DNA of 64,000 nucleotides from Escherichia coli (GTDB lineage Bacteria; Pseudomonadota; Gammaproteobacteria; Enterobacterales; Enterobacteriaceae): NCBI RefSeq assembly GCF_003334765.1, contig NZ_QOWT01000013.1; one strand, 5' to 3'. Shown piece by piece: positions 61,551 to 64,000 of this stretch (position 1 is its first letter; each line of letters starts with the position of its first letter). The notes under the pieces were generated by a model. It saw only the letters and a program-made list of their open reading frames with translations, ran no database searches and was not told where the DNA came from. The position numbers and the translations under genes were made by a program.

Positions 61551-62093
61551 TTAGCAGTTACCGTAGCGACGGCAATGCTCTGCAAGAATCTGTTGTTGGA
61601 GCCACTGGTTCGCTTTTTGTTCACGTTCCTTTTGCTCAGCAACCATTTTCTTGTACATTTTCATGTCAATACATTTTTCTTCAATTCTTAAAATCGGTTT
61701 TGCATCTTCTTCCAAGCCATTGAGGATATAAAAGTAACAACCGTCACCTTTATTTACATGTTGATAATGGGTCGTCAATCTCCCGAAGTTCAAATTCTGA
61801 TAATCCACCGGAAGAATATGCCAGGTTTTATTGACTTTGTTGGCCAACAAAAATACCCCGTTTCCACGCACGATAAATTGTTCAGTCCAGGGGAAGTTAT
61901 TCCGTATCCGACCTTTGTAAATAGCGGCAGTAAAATCTTCTACGGTATAACCTTCCGGCAACTTCCAACCGTTCTTAGGAAGGTATTTGTAATAGGCGAT
62001 TTCTCCTTGCGGATATTCTTTATATTCAGCAGCGTTGGCTGTGAATGACAACATGATAGCAAGACAGATAAGTGCTTTTACGATGAATTTCAT
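61551..62093 (-). CDS. Exported hypothetical protein (180 aa) with no recognised family
   Basis: ORF 61551..62141; start at MKFIVKALICLAIMLSFTANA (signal peptide) with strong SD AAGGAG 7 nt upstream; Lys/Glu-rich C-terminal tail with paired cysteines. Confidence 0.75.
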   Translation of the reverse strand: MKFIVKALICLAIMLSFTANAAEYKEYPQGEIAYYKYLPKNGWKLPEGYTVEDFTAAIYKGRIRNNFPWTEQFIVRGNGVFLLANKVNKTWHILPVDYQNLNFGRLTTHYQHVNKGDGCYFYILNGLEEDAKPILRIEEKCIDMKMYKKMVAEQKEREQKANQWLQQQILAEHCRRYGNC

Positions 62094-62227
62094 GATAACT
62101 CTCCTTATGGCATTAATAAATGCGTCAATCTTAAATCTCACCCAGGTAATATATATCTGAAAATATTTTCAATAACACCAGCCAGGAAAAACACCACCAC
62201 AGGCGGTGGCGTTTCTCCGGAGCGTCT

Positions 62228-62722
62228 TTATTTAATCCGGGCCATCGCGTTTCTCAGTGCCGAATCTGCACCTTCAGTTATCTCCAAGCTTTTCTGCAAT
62301 ACCGCCTCTGACCGGGTCAGTGCCTGACGCGCCGCCAGTGGTTTCCGGATATGCTCCATCGTCAGCATCGTGTCCTCATAGCCCTGCTGACGCCAGGCGT
62401 CGGTATGTGCCGATGTAAAACTGAGCAGACCGCCACTTTTGCCTTCGTCCCCTGTTTCTTTCAGCCTTTTCCGGGGACGGATCTCAAGGATCGTGGTGTC
62501 CGGAAAAGCCCGGCGATCCCATAAAGAACCGTCACTCAGATGCGTCACAATCACCATATTGCATCCGGCATCAACCAGAGGCGTTACAGGGGTATTTCCC
62601 TGCCTGTTTCGCCATCCGCCCATACCACCATCACCATACATTGTCCCCTGAACCTCACGGGGACGGAACAACAGGGGCACCCGTTGCAATCCCGCCTTCA
62701 TGTACCCACTGCTTACCGCCGT
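62228..62722 (-). pseudogene. 3' remnant of a patatin-like phospholipase gene (catalytic-Asp DGG region and C-terminus only)
   Basis: ORF 62228..62701, open upstream to a stop at 62723-62725; contains ...YGDGGMGGWRNRQGNTPVTPLVDAGCNMVIVTHL..., resembling the patatin Asp box (DGG...NxP...GAD.V.V); the GxSxG serine region is absent. Confidence 0.5.
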
Positions 62723-63176
62723 TCAGAGTGGTATTCACTGCCTGCCCCTGAAGGCTCTGTCCGCCTCCGGCACTGATAACCGTGTCTGAAACGCTTCCTC
62801 CGGCATTCACTCTCTGAAGACCACCACCGGTGACAGTAGTGTTGTTGGCGATACCGCCATTTTGTATCCATTGCCCGCCGGTATTGGCCTCGTTATCCGG
62901 CCCATACTCCAGACCGCTACTGATGGTCATTCCGTTGGCCGTACCGAGAACAATCTGGTTGTCATGATTTGTCAGTGTTCCGCCGCTCACGGTTTCTCCC
63001 GCCTGTACGACCGTGTCAGCAGCCACTACCGGGACTGATGTGACAGCAGCAAGAGACAGCGCAATCGCCACACCGGCGCGTTTTCCCCGTGAGCGGGCCA
63101 GTTCGGAGGCCACCACCAGGGTACCCGTAATGTGATTCCATACCAGCCTGTAGCTGGTGTTCAGATGTCGTTTCAT
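62655..63176 (-). pseudogene. flu: Truncated antigen 43 (Flu) autotransporter gene: signal peptide plus about 165 N-terminal codons, then premature stop
   Basis: MKRHLNTSYRLVWNHITGTLVVASELARSRGKRAGVAIALSLAAVTS... matches the Ag43 N-terminus through ...NGGKQWVHEGGIATG, then diverges (APVVPSP-stop). Full Ag43 is about 1040 aa. Confidence 0.85.
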
Positions 63177-63384
63177 CAGCTTTTCCTTACAGAGGGTGAA
63201 TAAAAAAGCCGGTACCCACAAATGTGGATACCGGCAGGTACAAAACAGCATGGTCAGATAAAGTGGTTTTTCCCGGGCATAAATGCTTCCCCTCTCTCAT
63301 CCGCCAGAGAAGTATCAGTCCGTTGTGTGCAATTCCGTTCTGCATGATGAAGAGATTCAGCTGCCTTTTCGCAGACCATTAACC

Positions 63385-63440
63385 ACTATAAACGATCGAT
63401 AGTAACGATCGATACCTGTTTTATCGATCGTTTTATTCTA
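63385..63440 (-). promoter_or_regulatory. flu (agn43) phase-variation switch: three Dam GATC sites in the OxyR-binding region
   Basis: GATC at 63394-63397, 63407-63410 and 63426-63429 within AAACGATCGATAGTAACGATCGATACCTGTTTTATCGATCG, about 220-250 bp upstream of the flu start; this is the known agn43 Dam/OxyR architecture. Confidence 0.8.
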
Positions 63441-63547
63441 TTGATTGCAAGGCGGTCACGCAAGAGAAACAGGAGGAGCATGAGATGTTTGTGTCATGTT
63501 TTCAGTTGGTTAACGCAATGTAATCAGGCATTTTCCAGGCAGACTGT

Positions 63548-64000
63548 TCAGAAGAAAATCCAGTTCCATACAGCGCGGGCAACAGAGACCACCGTGTCAC
63601 GGACGGCACGCAGAACCGTACGGGCAACAGAGGCAACACAGACGCTCTCCGCCGTGTCAAATATCCGGTCCACCGCACCGGTAAACTGTTCACGGGCCTG
63701 AGCGCGGACAGATTCCGTGCGCAGCTCGTCCTGCAGGCGGGTCATCAGGGGACTGGCGGCATGGTCGGGAAGTGCTGTCATTAGCGCACTGACCAGCGTA
63801 TCCAGTTCCCAGCCGGTGCGGGCCGATACGGCAACAACCGGATGTACGGGCCGGAACAGACGGAATACCGCCTCCGTTTTCTCCCGAATGTTCTGTGCCT
63901 GTGCGGGAGAAGGCTGAATGCCGGCCATATCCCATTCATGGCAGGGCTCCGTTTTGTCGGCCTGCGTCACCACAAACAGCACCTGCTGATGTCCCCGGTG
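63548..64000 (-). CDS. YeeP/YfjP/YkfA-like GTPase, C-terminal part; N-terminus beyond window end
   Basis: Minus-strand ORF open to the window end (listed from an internal Met at 63982); position upstream of flu matches CP4-44 yeeP. Family call is from memory. Confidence 0.5.
   Translation of the reverse strand, partial: HRGHQQVLFVVTQADKTEPCHEWDMAGIQPSPAQAQNIREKTEAVFRLFRPVHPVVAVSARTGWELDTLVSALMTALPDHAASPLMTRLQDELRTESVRAQAREQFTGAVDRIFDTAESVCVASVARTVLRAVRDTVVSVARAVWNWIFF

Larger units (their letters stand above)
56218..64000. mobile_element. tRNA-Ser-associated genomic island of CP4-44/CP4-57 type (integrase not in window; extends past the window end)
   Basis: Begins right after the tRNA 3' end where K-12 has clpA; contains the GTPase / flu / DUF932 / antirestriction / RadC / DUF987 / YeeW gene set typical of cryptic P4-like islands. 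Confidence 0.8.

Overview
The window reads as an Escherichia coli-type chromosomal segment, in reverse orientation relative to the usual K-12 map. Positions 1-56217 are conserved core genes in recognisable synteny: ldtD (partial), mukB-mukE-mukF-cmoM, elyC, ycbJ, kdsB-ycaR-ycaQ-lpxK-msbA, ycaI, ihfB, rpsA, cmk, ycaL, aroA-serC, ycaP, ycaO, focA-pflB, pflA, ycaK, ycaN, ycaM, ycaD, ycaC, dmsCBA, serS, rarA, lolA, ftsK, lrp, trxB, cydDC, aat, infA and tRNA-Ser. Gene names come from my recognition of the translated ORFs and from the conserved order; nothing was searched against a database. From 56218 to the window end, where K-12 has clpA, there is an accessory island of CP4-44/CP4-57 type with all genes on the minus strand. 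It carries a YeeP/YfjP-like GTPase (partial), a truncated flu (Ag43) 5' fragment with its three-GATC phase-variation switch, a 3' remnant of a patatin-like phospholipase gene, two genes for signal-peptide proteins (one Ivy-like), and DUF932, antirestriction, RadC-like, DUF987, an 83-aa ORF, YeeW-like and a DUF4942-like gene. The most interesting part is 60.2-63.5 kb: the flu/patatin chimeric junction and the two uncharacterised exported proteins downstream of the phase-variable flu promoter. No CRISPR array, rRNA or IS element was found.
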